DNA of 63,988 nucleotides, filler included, from Perkinsus olseni (Eukaryota): NCBI GenBank assembly GCA_013115125.1. It is 3 parts of 3 records of this genome, joined end to end, with 100 filler letters (N's around TTAATTAATTAA, not from the genome) between each part and the next. Parts side by side here need not be neighbours in the genome. Positions count along the whole stretch, not along the records: positions 22,577 to 45,041 come from JABANN010000539.1; 2 more parts are not named here. One strand, 5' to 3'. Shown piece by piece: positions 24,830 to 37,757 of this stretch (position 1 is its first letter; each line of letters starts with the position of its first letter). The notes under the pieces were generated by a model. It saw only the letters and a program-made list of their open reading frames with translations, ran no database searches and was not told where the DNA came from. The position numbers and the translations under genes were made by a program.

Positions 24830-25258
24830 ATGATCTTCCCAACGCTTCATGCAACGACTCTCCTCATTCTAGCATCGCTAACATCTGCGTACTACCACGG
24901 AGATGACTTGAGGGCTTCGAGCAACCCTGGACGGCTGTCCAAGGTCGTGAAGCATGAGGTCAGCGTTCCGCAGAACAGTGCCGTAGCGCCGAGTGAGTCC
25001 TTTGCCTTCAGCGGTCGCAATGGCTGATTAAATATGGCAGGTCCGGTGGAGTCGGACGGCCTCGGACCCTTGACGGTCGGTATGGCGCCAAATTTGGCCA
25101 GGGAGTATCCGCAGGGGACATTCCAAACTGAAGGAGAGTCGCCCAAGTTCACAGTCAGCGACATGCTAGGTGAGCATCATTCCGCGGCCGCCGAGGGGGA
25201 AGGCACGAATCCTGCAGCTCGTCCGAAGCGTATCTTAGTTCATTGGAGTCGGCCGTGA
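24830..25258 (+). CDS. Small secreted hypothetical protein (signal peptide), spliced
   Basis: MIFPTLHATTLLILASLTSA is a hydrophobic signal-like N-terminus; downstream exon 25034-25170. Confidence 0.4.
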
Positions 25259-25368
25259 TTTTGATCGCATTCAAATGGTGCGGACGCGATTCTCTGAAGC
25301 TTCGCAGATTGCTCGCGGGATTTTTCCCCGTTCTAGGTGTTACGGTTCCATCAAGCTCGAGCCGTATA

Positions 25369-26790
25369 ATGGCGACCCAGTTGGGGGAGGCTCCTGCGAG
25401 TCAGTACGGCATGACGCTCGAACAGTGTGCTCAGAAAGTCGAACGGACCGTTGGCGAGTGAGGTCCCGGGCTCGATCCTCGGGAGGTACATCCCGTTCGT
25501 AACATCTCAGGTTCGACACGTTCAAGGAAGGTGTTGGTAGGCTGCACTCCCGAGTGCTTCAAGTAAGGCCCGAGTCCTTCCTGGCGCATTGGCCGGCAAG
25601 GAGGAATCCGCACGCTCGCTTCCATCGCAAAGGATCGATCGCCCCTCGCGCTCTCCCAACGTCATCTCTCACTAGCTCGCTGTCCCGTTTCATAATCTCT
25701 GGACGCAGCCCTCCCGAGCCACCCGAATGTTGACGTTACTGCTGTTCGTTGTAGTCGGAGGAGGCGCTGAAGAAAGTTGAGGCCAAAACTGAGAAGTATT
25801 CCTCCCGCGAGGCCAACTTCGCTGCTGAGCTCACCAAGCTCTTCTCTCTGGAGCAGGAAGTCAAGACCAGGTAGGATGCGCTCACTCACCGGCAGTCAGG
25901 CTGCAGCTATGAATCTTCTTGTCTGCCATAACCGCTCTCAACCTCTCCACGGCTTCAGTCGGAGTGCTAGCTCCTTTCTTCAGGGCCGGGGTGCTCAGCA
26001 AGTGGATGGCGGATGAGAAAATTGTGAGGGATCAGCTCTCGAAAGTGTAATATAATTTCGTGGCGCGCGGTAATTGAGTTGGTTGGTGTCCACAGGTATC
26101 GCGATCTAGACGCGAAGTCTCTGTTGCAGTCGGATGAGCTGCTGAGCATGAGTACCGTACTTCGCGCAGCTCTCAGCAAAATGCAGGCAATTCACGATCA
26201 CGTCAGCCAAGTCATCACTGCTGGTAGGCGGGAGGCCGTGGATACTGAGAAGTATCTTTCGGCCGTTTCAGTCGGGGAGGCGGAATCGAGCATGTATCAG
26301 TGGGCGTATAACGTCACCAGCAAGGTTAACTATCACACGACGCAGATAGTCACGGTAGGATCTGGGAGGTGCTCTTTGGGGTATCTTTGGTTGATGCTCA
26401 GTTGGCGCAGAATTTGGAGTTCCGAATCACACAGTCTAAGGGGATGGAAACGGAGGCTCGAAGAATGATGGCTCTGTATCAGAAGCGTAATATCCGTACC
26501 GGAAGGTCCCGGGTTCGATCCCTGCTCCATGCATGTGCTATTCCCTCAGTTGCGGATAAGTACGGTTTACAGAACGACCTCTTCGCCGTGGCCCGATCGG
26601 TGCTGAAGACGGACGGCAATAAACTCCAAAGTACTGCCGTCGCTCGCCTGTCTTCTTCAACTCAATCGATTCACAGGCACCTCCGTTTCCGATGCCGTCC
26701 ACGCCCCACCGCCGTTGTCAAGCTCCCCTGCTACCACCACTGCCACAACGGGCATCACAGTGTAGTCGAGGCATGAATTAGATGTTATCA
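25369..26790 (+). CDS. Multi-exon hypothetical helical protein
   Basis: ATG at 25369; introns 25458-25510 and 26496-26549 restore the frame (VGEFDTFKEG; KRNILADKYG). Confidence 0.5.
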
Positions 26791-26865
26791 CTGCCGCCAG
26801 AATGATGTTGTGTTCTAGTAGACCTCGGCCACGTTATGAATTCTTGCAGTTTTTTTTCTCACACT

Positions 26866-27627
26866 ATGTCGAAGGGAAGACGGTTACTATCAAACCTTCG
26901 CCACTGCAATAGCATGGTTGTGCTCAACGCGGTGGCCATAGTCTTTTCGGTGGCCGTGCTGGTGATGGGCATCTATATCAGCGTGTCACCCCTGGGCACT
27001 CTGATAGAGACTTGGCCGCAATGGTGCACCTGTCTTTACGGTACCGCCCTCCTTCTGACCAGCATCGTCGGCTGCTCGATTCCATCGCAAACTCGAGGGG
27101 TTTGGCATGTCGTCTATTGTGTGGTCAGCGGTCTGTTGCTGGTCGTGAGCGTCGCATTGATTGTCATTTTCTTTCTGGACCTTTTTCCCTTGCAAAAGAA
27201 CCCGAGCTCGGTCCTTGAGTATTACAAAATCGACTGGACTGCCGGTGGCTGCTCTGGTGGCACCTGCACGCTAGACGGCTGCCCCACACCCTTGCTGTTC
27301 GACCCAGTCGTCTGCGATGATTGGGATACCGAGACGGTTTTAGATGGTCTGATTTCCCAACCTTCCGACCAGATGGTCCTCGCATGCGCCGGCCGTGATC
27401 AGTCTGGGGTGATACTCACTTGGTGTCGGTCAGCAGGAAAGATAACCTGGGAGTTGAAGATTTTCGTCGAACTAACTTTGTCGTTTATTCTCACCGCTGC
27501 ATTGCTGCAGATTTTCTGTCTTGTTCTCAATCACATTTATTATGTACAACTTTCCGAAGCGGCTGATGAGCATCTTTGCGACGAGGGGGACCTCAGGGGA
27601 TGCCGTCCCCTTGCTGAGACCCTCTGA
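26866..27627 (+). CDS. Tetraspanin-like four-TM protein, intronless
   Basis: Three N-terminal TMs (LNAVAIVFSVAVLVMGIY, GTALLLTSIVGC, VVYCVVSGLLLVVSVALIV), a Cys-rich large loop and a fourth TM. No canonical CCG motif. Confidence 0.65.
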   Translation: MSKGRRLLSNLRHCNSMVVLNAVAIVFSVAVLVMGIYISVSPLGTLIETWPQWCTCLYGTALLLTSIVGCSIPSQTRGVWHVVYCVVSGLLLVVSVALIVIFFLDLFPLQKNPSSVLEYYKIDWTAGGCSGGTCTLDGCPTPLLFDPVVCDDWDTETVLDGLISQPSDQMVLACAGRDQSGVILTWCRSAGKITWELKIFVELTLSFILTAALLQIFCLVLNHIYYVQLSEAADEHLCDEGDLRGCRPLAETL

Positions 27628-27753
27628 TGTCTCCCTGTTGCTGCTAGGCGACGATTTTGTATGTGTTCCCGTTCCGGTGATCTCAGTCACTCTCTCAACT
27701 CTCGGTCAGCACAACTGGATGCCTGCTGTATAGTTCAGCGCAAAGCACTTGTT

Positions 27754-28935
27754 TTATTTCGCTCTTGTGTTGTAGTGGTCCTGGAAGGAATGTGTAGGGC
27801 AACATGTTGCGCGTAGCGTAAAATAGCGGTGCGCCCGGGAGTTGATCCTTGTGCGTGCAATTGTGTACACAACCGTTTCGTCGACCGTCTCGGGTGTCGC
27901 GTTCATATCGCCAACGAACTCGGTAAATACTCGTGTCTCGCGTAGCTGTGTGTCGCTCTGACACGTTTCTTCGTTTGAACCCACCCTCTACCACCCGGGA
28001 GGGGACCGGATACCGGCACTTCATGGCGCGTCGAGCGTCACTCGGACAGGCGTGAAATAGCTACCATCGTGAGCGATTCGGTGGAAATGCTCTACGTGTC
28101 GTTTCACGCTGCTCTAGGATGAGTGCACGGTCCCCGGCCTCGTGTTACGCAGTTAGTTTAACAGCCTCGATCTACAGCATTAAGCCCTCCAGGGGAGTAT
28201 GGGAACAGCGCAGCGCACCCGCGAGAGCACCAAACCTGAGACCCGAAAACGCTGAACCTGCGACCCGTACGCTGGGCCGGACTGCAGGCCGCATCTTGGG
28301 ACTCCGATGAAAGTGCTCCGAGCGGGTGACGCCAGATCGCGTGGGTTCCCCCCAATGCGCAGCGAGCCGGCCGAAGCGCGGCTGCGGAATGGGAGAACTC
28401 ACGAGATCCAGCCCCGGGAGTGGCGGGAAGGGCCGAGAAAGAGGAATAAAATCGCTTAACTATGAGATACGTGAACCGGCCGTAACAGCGCAACGCGCTA
28501 CGCCGACGGTTACACCGACCCGAGCATCTTGTAACGCGCGCGTGTCCCGCACGCCGTTGTGACACCGATACGGCTGACAACTAACCTTGTCTACTTCGTA
28601 AACGGCATTTATGACGGTTCAGGTATTCCCACCGTCACTCCTGCGTTCCACCTCTCCCAAACTCCCGGGAAGTAAAGCGGCTTTTATCTTAGGTTGAAGA
28701 GCGCATCCCGTGAGTGGCACGCATCCTCCGCAGTCAACGTCAGCTAGCCCGGAGCTGCGGCCGTGGCACTTATCAATCTCAAGAGACGCATCCTCTACTC
28801 GTTCCCCCTTTGAAGGGGTAATTCCCAAATTTCAAGGAAACATCTTCGGGGATCTGACTGCTCGCACGGGGTTCGGGAGGGGGCCATTCCCGCCTTCACC
28901 CGCAGTCCAGAGTCTTTCCTGACTGTCGCGCATGG
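27754..28935 (-). CDS. Multi-exon hypothetical protein
   Basis: Minus-strand ORF pieces 28619-28828 and 27754-27984 with flanking splice signals. Confidence 0.3.
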
Positions 28936-29529
28936 CGCCTTAGATTCTGACCTTTATCCCACTATTACCAGTGGTAAACTAAAGACAAGTGTGGGGAATA
29001 GAGAGGCTGTTGTTGTTATTAAGGAACTATGGGACAATGACTGATGATGATGATACTCGCTAGAGTGGTAATGATGATGATATACACCAAAGGACATCGA
29101 ACAGTATTATTATTATAACCATCACCGTTATCACGATCACGGTATTGCCACAATATCCTGAATAGGAGTACTTCATCGGGTGATTACAGGGCCGGTAAAA
29201 TCCCCATGGTGATGGTCATGGAAAAGGCTGCTGTTCCCTGAGGCAGATCGACGGTGGTAGAATTGAAACGGTTGGGATGGTGATGATGACCAACATCATC
29301 TCGAAGTACTACAACGCTTCAGAATTAACTCTAGCGAGGTAGTCGTAGTGATCAATGGTTGGTGGTGGTGATGATGATAGAGAGTACAGAAAATTGGGAA
29401 AAGGGGAGACTACGCTCCGATAATACATCATCATCACTGACAGCAGCAGCCTGGGCAGCAGCAGCAGACTTTCAACGTGTACAAATTGGTACTAATGGTT
29501 CAACAGCAAAGAGGACGACGACGACACAT

Positions 29530-32500
29530 TTAATGCACACCAGCGCTGCTGCTGTTGCCGTCGGCATTCTGCTGACCGCTGACTAGATTTTGAAGTTCAG
29601 CCAACAGATCGTCGGAGGCCTTACTGTCATCATCATGGCCTGACACGAAGTGCGATACCATCACTGAGGCCACCGATTCTTACCGTGCATGGCAGGGTCC
29701 GATCCTGCCCTTGGTCGTGGGGACTCTCCCACAGATGCCAGCAAGCTCGGAAAACAACTGAGATTGCACCAATCTCAGCGGCTTCCTCCTCCCAAACAGG
29801 CCTACTTGAAGCTAGCGCTTTGAGCTAGGCCCCCTATGTTGTGATGCGCCGACGATGATGATGTTGCATGATAAGACGGGGAAGCCTGGGCTGAGGGGTC
29901 CTGACTGTACAGCTCCGACAGGGCACCGAACTCAGCCAGCTCGGCCTCTTCTTCGGGGCTCAGCGGCTCGGCCTGGTTCGATAAACCTGATGGGAAAGAT
30001 CACAATGACCCGACGAAAATGGCGAAATGTGGTACCCAGGAGAGAGCCGACCGTGCAGAGCGCCGGACTGGATGCGAAGGCCTTCATGAGGTTGCTGGTG
30101 CTGGCCATGGCATCATCATCGTTAAGATGCGGTTGTTGTGGTATGCTCATACTCGCTACATGCTTGAGACCGGAGCCACCGAGGATAGCGGCGGATGACT
30201 TGATGTTGGGCAGAGGGGCCGCAACGTCTCCGAATTCTGTACCACTCGCTTCAGTGGCGGTGGCCGAGGCCATGTCGGAGAGATTGCTGGACGAGGGGTA
30301 GTCCCTTATTCCGTGATCGTCGTTCCCAGGAGTCTCCACGCTGAAGGACAGAAACTTACGTTTTCAAACGAACGACCCCGGTTCAAATCCCACGCCCGCC
30401 GTTGCATATACTTACGGAGCATGAAGGTTAACTTGCCGATCCGATGCTACTGACCGATCCACCGACGCGCCGTCCATGTCCTGAGGTCAAGAGAATGGTA
30501 AATTTTGGTATGAACGCGCCAAGAAAATTTTGTTCTACCTCGGTTTCGTGCATGCCAGGTGCGCTCGCCGACGTATGGAGTCCTCCCTGATGCATCAGCT
30601 GCTGCTGCTGCTGCTGACTGCCCTGCAGCCCCTCATCGTGCTGCTGTTGCTGAGACAGCTCATACTGGTCGTAAGAGTGCTGATTCTAAATGCATAGCAT
30701 GACCCAGGTTCGATTCCCACACCCTCCACTATTACCGGCGGCGGCATATTTCCCTGTTGTTGTTCCTGTTGTTGCCTCTGCTGCTGCTGCTGTTGCCGTT
30801 GGGCCATCTGTTGGCGTTGCCACTGCTGGGCGGCCACCGCTGCCGCCGCCTGCTGCTGGACCAGCATCGCCTGCTGCTGCTGCGCTGTATAAGACAAGTA
30901 CCTGGAGGGATCACCGCGCCCTGACCGCACCAGCAACCCTCACCGGCTGTACTACATCTGTTGCATGGCAGCCTGCTGATGCAGTGACCGGGCTGCCATC
31001 AAGCTGAGGTTCTGCAGCTGGGCCTGCCAGAAACAAGCATAATAAAGGGAAGTCCGCGCCATTAACCTACCGGAGTAGGCTCGAAACCACCTGCGATCGA
31101 CGCGACGGCGGCCGTGGCGGCGGTCGCAGCAGCAGCGGCGATTGCCCACTGCTGTTGTTGCTGGGCTGCGTAGGCCTGATGCAGAATTATCATCAGTAAT
31201 GATAATGACCTCCGCAAGGTTACTACCGCTGGATCCTGGGTGGGGCGTTGCTGCATGGCTGCTGCCTGGGCTGCTGCGGCCAGGGAGCCCGAGAGCACTG
31301 TGGCGAACTGGTTCTGCTTGTACTTGAGAACCTCCGCTGGGCTTACAGCCACCTCAGGAGGCGGCGTGAAGCTGAGAGAAGTCCCGAGCTCTCCGACAAT
31401 AGTAATACCATCCCTTCCCCTACACATTGGGTGTCGGTTGTGGTTGGGCCTGCGGGGCCGATCTTGCGTTGCTTCCGGCCGTCATCGAGCTAGGATACGC
31501 CCCGCTCGGCATGGTGGTCGGCTCAGCTGGCCGACTTGGCTGTTGTTGCTGCTGCTGCATTTGGGGAGGGGTGGGCACGTGCGAAACTGGAGGGAGATTT
31601 TCAAAATGATGTAGGCCCGGTGGTGGTGGCGTTGACTGCTGCTGCTGCTGAGGGGCCTCACCGGACTGCGTGGACGAACCCTCCTTCTCCTGAAAACCGT
31701 AACGTTGGTATCGCCGCTTGGACCCGTTGCCATCCTACATCCCCCGCGGGGTTCTGCAGCAGAGGTGTGCTGCCTGGCGTGATTGAAACATTCTCAGGCC
31801 CCGAAGGCGCACCTAAGGACAGCCCCAATGTCTTCCAATCGTCCAACTGAGTCGGTATTACTCGGGCGTTGCAACTCCTCCTCACCGTGGGCGAATCGGC
31901 ACTTGTCGCCCATATCGCATTCGCCCTTCTGCCACCAGCTGCACAGAACCTGCAAAAACTCTCTCCCACACCACCGCCCGCCATAACGACTGCCGTACGG
32001 TTTTGAACAATCCAGGGGTGGCCTTGAGGTCCTCTGTCGAGTGAGCAAATTGACATTCCTCAGCCCTGTAGGGGCACCTCCCCTCCAGGTTAGCCTGGCA
32101 CATCTTGGTTTTACGGAGATCAGGCCTGACCTGGATCTGGCTGTAATCGTGAGCGTAGGTACCTAAGAGAAATCGTCTTCCTGGCTTCAACCGCCGACCG
32201 GTGGAATTACATTTATCGCCATAAAGACAGCAACCTCGAAGGAAATGTTTACATAGCTTGGTTCTTAAGAATTGCTTCCGTACACCAGGAGCGACTGTGG
32301 GGGAGAGGAAATCGCTGTAACCACAGGCTGTTGGTTGACTCACCTGAGAGCTCACCTTTGGCCCCACCATTATTAGAAGAAGTTGGGGTAACGGCCCTGA
32401 AGTTGGACGAAGATTCCCGAGGAGAAAAATTGGATTTTTCCTACATAGCATTTCCGCCCGAGACGGACCTGGGATGATGGTAGTGCTTATTGCCTCCCTT

Positions 32501-32662
32501 CTGATCATGATGACCATGACCGTGCTGCTGCTGCTGCTGCTGACGGGGATAATACGGCTGCATCCCACCATCGGGGTAGGGCCTCCCAGGAGCAGCGGAC
32601 AAGGGGTTGCCGGCATTAGCCGTCGCACTTGATGTTACGTTATTGGTGTCCCAAGTGTTCAT
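29530..32662 (-). CDS. Tandem CCCH zinc-finger RNA-binding protein (ZFP36/Tis11-like) with poly-Q/Ala regions
   Basis: Three CCCH fingers: RTKLCKHFLRGCCLYGDKC/TYAH, KTKMCQANLEGRCPYRAEECQFAH, KT/VLCSWWQKGECDMGDKCRFAHGEEEL. ATG at 32662; probable stop at 29530. Confidence 0.85.
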
Positions 32663-34666
32663 TTAGTACATAAACTATTATAAGGGAGAAATCCTGAGCA
32701 ACCGAGCATCGAAAAATACCCAATCGAAGCCTGATGGAGGACGGGGTGCAAGGAAGGCTGCTGTAGCAGAAGACAGACACACGCTATTTTGATCCGGTGA
32801 GAACATGATAAGCGTGCCCCTGCGTGACCAAAATATACTGCAGCAGGGAATGGAAACCCCACGGCCCAGCCAACCTGAATCATTAAAATCGATGACGGAT
32901 TTCCAATGAATCACCGTTGACAACACTACTGAAGTTGCAGACGTCGCAGAACGACGCGTAAGAGAGCGTTGAGGAAGGTCCAAGATTGCAAGATCTCTCT
33001 GACATCCGTCATCTGCGCAGTGTCGCTCTCGCTCGCCCGAAAATTAAACTACCTATGGTTCTCTAGTTGGCATTGCCAACTTGGCAACTACTAGCAACTA
33101 CTAGTTGCGTTGCCATGCTTCTTACGCGCTGTATACCGGACGCATGTGCATTGGAGGCTCCTCTTGGGAGCTGCTATATCCAGAATACATCTCACACTGT
33201 AAGGTGGCCTATACATAATAAACACAATATACACTTGCACAATAGACCTGCAAGGCTTACAGGTAAGACAGAACCTACAGGTGAGTTACCTAAGGTACCT
33301 CTCTCAGTCCCAGAGGCTCGGAGAGTCTCTCCCGGACCGGGAGTCCCGGTCATTTGCGGGGGCTCAGTCCGAGCCGCTCAGATGCACTCGCTTTAATGCA
33401 AAGTGGCTAATGCCAGATTCATTAAGTTTAATTTAACGAGGTCCCGAGTTCGCGCAGCTGTAGACTCTACAGCTCTACAGTGGAGGGCGTCACGTTCGAG
33501 CTTTATCCCACGCTCTGAGCGTGGAATAAAGGTCGATCCCGTCCAGGATTGCAAAATGCTTGTAATCCACGGTGGGATTACCGAGATCTAAACAAGCCTG
33601 CACTCTTGCAACAAGAGTGTAATGCACAAGATACTGAGAAAAGTATCGATATATTGACTCGGTCAAATCGACCACAGCGTTGATGATGTCACCGAGACCG
33701 GTACTCAGAATGGTATCACCACAGTGGACGCCTGCCAGTGGTGGTGACGAAAATTCTAATCGTATTGGCCACAGTATGCAGGGACCCTGCAGCAGGGTTC
33801 GGGAAGTCAGCGCACAGTGGAGTTGTTGGATGGCAAGACCCTAACGGCCAGTTAGAGTAACTCTATGAGATATCCACTTGCATCATCTGTCAACGGTTCT
33901 TGCCTAAGACTCTTAGACTTCTGCTCTGAGCAGAAGAGATCGACCTTTAGGGGCCGCGGGTCCGAGTACAGTGAACTCGGACTTAACAAATTCCGAATTA
34001 TCGTATGAGAAGTTGTCGGGAATGAAGACGCCACCGTATCATCTGATGGCGATGGATTACTGTAATCCAATTACATCATTGCCGATGGCGCAGTCGTCAC
34101 GAGTGACTCGTGCCTTCCGGAAGGATCTAACTGTCGGCGCCCTGTCGCTGCAGGATATCATAGTCTATGACCTATGACTCACGACGTTCGGCCGAAAGGA
34201 TAAAGATAGACCGACGTACTCGTCGAGGCGACACTGATCTTGGCCGCGATGGGGATGCAGCTGATCGTTATAGCGAGCGTTCTCTGAATGCTGGCGAGGT
34301 AATGCGGCCTGTCGTATGGGAGCAGTCATAGGGCAATCTAGCTCAGCCTACTTTTCATCGCATTATGGTAAGGAAATACCTTCGTAATTCGGGGTATTTC
34401 CCTTATACCTCCAAGGTATGATGGCAATGCCTCTTTCACGTTACCTGCCTGAGCTAGAAAGTACCAGGCTAATAGCCCTATAGCCACTAAAAACCCCATA
34501 GCCTGGACTCCAGGACTTCAGGCGCACAGGCTCCATTATACGCTAGATCAACTCATCAAGAAGTGGTATCAGGAAAATGTGCTCCATTTCTCCATGCTAC
34601 AACAAGGATACAAAATACAAACCATTGGTCTCTCGGACCGTAACAGTAGCGATATACGCGTTGGAA

Positions 34667-36489
34667 CTATCTGCACGCATGTTGCTCCCCGGATGTTCGA
34701 TGTTGGCGGTCTAAGCACGCTGTCAATCTGAACAGAGATGAACACTTCAATGGGGCTCCTCGCAGCCTCGAAAAAATGAGGAGCGAGGCTCCATAGCTGC
34801 CAGAAACCATGGGTACAAACAACTCCACGTAGCTCACCTCCCAATTAGAAGCGAGTAGATGTCGTGTTTATTCAGCTGAGCGGCAAGTATCAAAGGTGAC
34901 TCATTCCGTCGGTTACGGACAGAAGGATTCGCCCCGTACTGAGAGGCTCCAATCATCACTAAAACGGCCGCTGCTCACTGGAGGATGGATGTACCTCCAG
35001 AAGCAAGTGAACCATCTTAGCGTCGCCGCCCCGAACTGCCAGCATCAAAGGTGTATCGCCGTCACTGTGCCGAACAGCATTGACCTGAACGGGCTCTCCT
35101 GGCCCATGAGACGTGGACCACTAGCGTACATCAGCTCCTGACTCAAGGAGGAGCAGAGAGATCTCTGGTCTAGTCGATTCTAATAGGAAGCCTGCAGTGG
35201 GAGACACTTGAGGATGGGGCTTGCAGCCCGATGCCTGATCATCAGAACGAACCCCACAGTTCAGCCATTCTGGCTGTACTTTCAAGAGTTGATCATAATG
35301 AATTCCTGACAGATGCGCGCGAGAAAATCGACCGTAGGCGAGCCCAAGGTTAAAACTGCATTCCATAAGCCCCATTCTAAATCAGAATTCGTGGTATCTT
35401 CCTTTAGCGGCAAGGCCCTCACCAACCTACCAGTAACTTGGCAACACGCTGTGGGTCCCCGGCCCTGACGGCCCGCAGCATCTCCATCTCTAGTTCCCTG
35501 AGAACCCCCGTTGAGGGAGCAGGTGTCTTCAGAGTGGGGAAGGTTCGGAGCTCCGACTTCGCCGTCATTGGTGTTGTGCCAGATTCGAAGAGCTCTGCCG
35601 AGATACCTCTCATATGGTGCCCTAAAAACAGGAGGTCTGCTCAACTCGGTCAACCGACCGGCCCCCAGCGCCTGTCATTTGGACAGGCGTTCCATTTAGT
35701 AGTACAACTACTAAGTCTAATAGAGATCCGTGAAAGCTCAGTCGTCCATCCGTCACTCAGTCGTTAGATGCGATCTTACTCAGCACCAAGTCTCCAGAAG
35801 GGCTGCCGTTCACTTCTGGAAGGCTCGAGTGGCGTTCGAGGCGACCATCGTGAGAAAACCTCACTGCTACCTTCGGTGTTACGCACGACCCTGATGTTCG
35901 TCATCAGGACGGTCATTTGCAACCACACCCCACCCGGATCCGAGCCTCCCGTCCTCGTCAAAGTGCTTCCTGAGGCCGCCGAACTTTTGTTATCCTCCTC
36001 CGTCGATGGCCAGACGACCCCTTCGGCAGCGCCGTTGGCCTGGAAAACTGAAGTCTAGCGCTGTACTCATCATAGAGCTTTCCTCCCGTATAGATCTTTC
36101 CTTCGATTTTCGATCTTAGCTTTTCTACCTTTTAGATTTTCCTGCGAGCCTCTGCGTTATTCTTAACATCACCCGCTCAGCACATCTGTGGCAATGACCA
36201 ACCTTCACTGTTTTCGTGCGAGCAGCTTCAGAATTTCAAGATCGAACTCATCCAGCAATATCGTCCAAAAAATCAACCTCGGAATTTTCATTCCCATGGT
36301 GTGCCCAACAGAACGCACCTGGGTTCTTTTCCCGTCCGCTCTCCTTCCCTTTCCGAAGCCCGCCTTAGCCGGCGTCCCCGCAGCAAGCAGGGATCCCAGA
36401 GCAGGTCGGAAGCAGGATCCACACCCTGGCGTTAGGCTAACACTGTACTCGTTATGTGCCTTACGCACGGGAGCGTCGGATGGCGTCAT
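34667..36489 (-). CDS. Ankyrin-repeat protein, multi-exon
   Basis: Spliced peptide LLLESGAD/VNAVRHSDGDTPLMLAVRGGDAKMVHLLLE/YGANPSVRNRRNESPLILAAQLNKHDIYSLLI. Confidence 0.8.
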
Positions 36490-37757
36490 TGAAGTGATCA
36501 AAATAGAAACCTGGGCATTTTTAGGAAAAATGGATTTTTTTCCTCAGTCAAGCCCTGAGCCTGGCACATCGCGGCCTAATTGACCGAACCAAACATCTGC
36601 GGCTCTCTAAGAACAACAACAGTGCATTTAGCGCGCGCCATGATGATCTATATCGTCATGCAACCCACATTCCTGGGTCATAACCACCTTCCATCTCGGC
36701 TGCTTCCCGAGCTTTTCTTTCCCTCTCCTTCTCCTCCTCGGCTTTAGTGAACTTAGAATGCTGAAAGGACACCACAATGTAAGACTTTTCGCTCGAAAAT
36801 TTCCACCGGCCGTCCCCTCACCCTGCCGTAAAGCACGAAGCTAGAGCCACACAACATCAACGCGCCGGCAACGGCCACATAGAAGCAAATACTCAACCTG
36901 AGGTCAAGGGACACTCTGCTGAGGAGCACGAGAGATATGTTGACCGAGAAATTCTTAACTTCAAAATGGATTTCCGGCTCGCCGACGAAATTACCTACGA
37001 CTCTGTCGAGATTCGCCATCGGGCAACTCATGAAAATTTGAAAAACAAGATGTTTCAGAAAAAAATCCGGAGGTAAAAGGCGATTTATATGCACAAAAAA
37101 CTCCTGTAGAATAAACGGTCACGTATCAGGTGCAGAGAATCGACTTCTCCCCCAGTACGGACGATGAGAGACGATGGATGCAGCGGAATCTCCGGGAGAA
37201 ATCTAAGACGTTATTACGATGGGGAAGGGTAGTAGCCGTATTGATTGAACTTGCTATACATGTAGGTCGAGAAGCCCGCGTAGACGATGAGGCCGGTGGA
37301 TGCTGCTGCCGCACCGGAGGCGCAGATGAGGAAGTAGAGAAATCTATCCGACTTCCGCCTGAAACAGGACATGCCAATGAGCGTCAGGAGTGGAACATCA
37401 AAGAAGTGCCGTTATACGCATACTGTGGACGTCTCAAAAGATTCGAACCGAACTCAGACGAGCCACATTACAAATACTACGGCTCCCACAGTAAGGCGGA
37501 CGTCTGTTGAGTCAATTAAAGCACTTGAGCGAAGATCTTGGTGCCGGCAGCGCTGTAACCTCCCCAAAGAACTTCGGACGAGTCCGGTCGAGCAACAGCA
37601 AGTACATATAACAACAGTACTGGAGAAATGTGGTAATTATATTCTGCTGAGCTCATCTTTGACGAGGAGCTGCGCTCAAGTTATGTCGTCGATGACGATA
37701 CGAAAGTAAATCCAGGACGGCTAAGGTCGGGTGTCATGTTGTCAATGCATCGGGTCG

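Noticed and set aside
29000-29520. GAT/GGT/CAG-rich short ORFs
   Set aside because: Low-complexity 3' flank of the CCCH gene; no coding support.
33060-34560. Possible Penelope-like or other retroelement remnant (FAILDGIDLYSTL)
   Set aside because: A single weak motif in stop-riddled sequence; insufficient to call.
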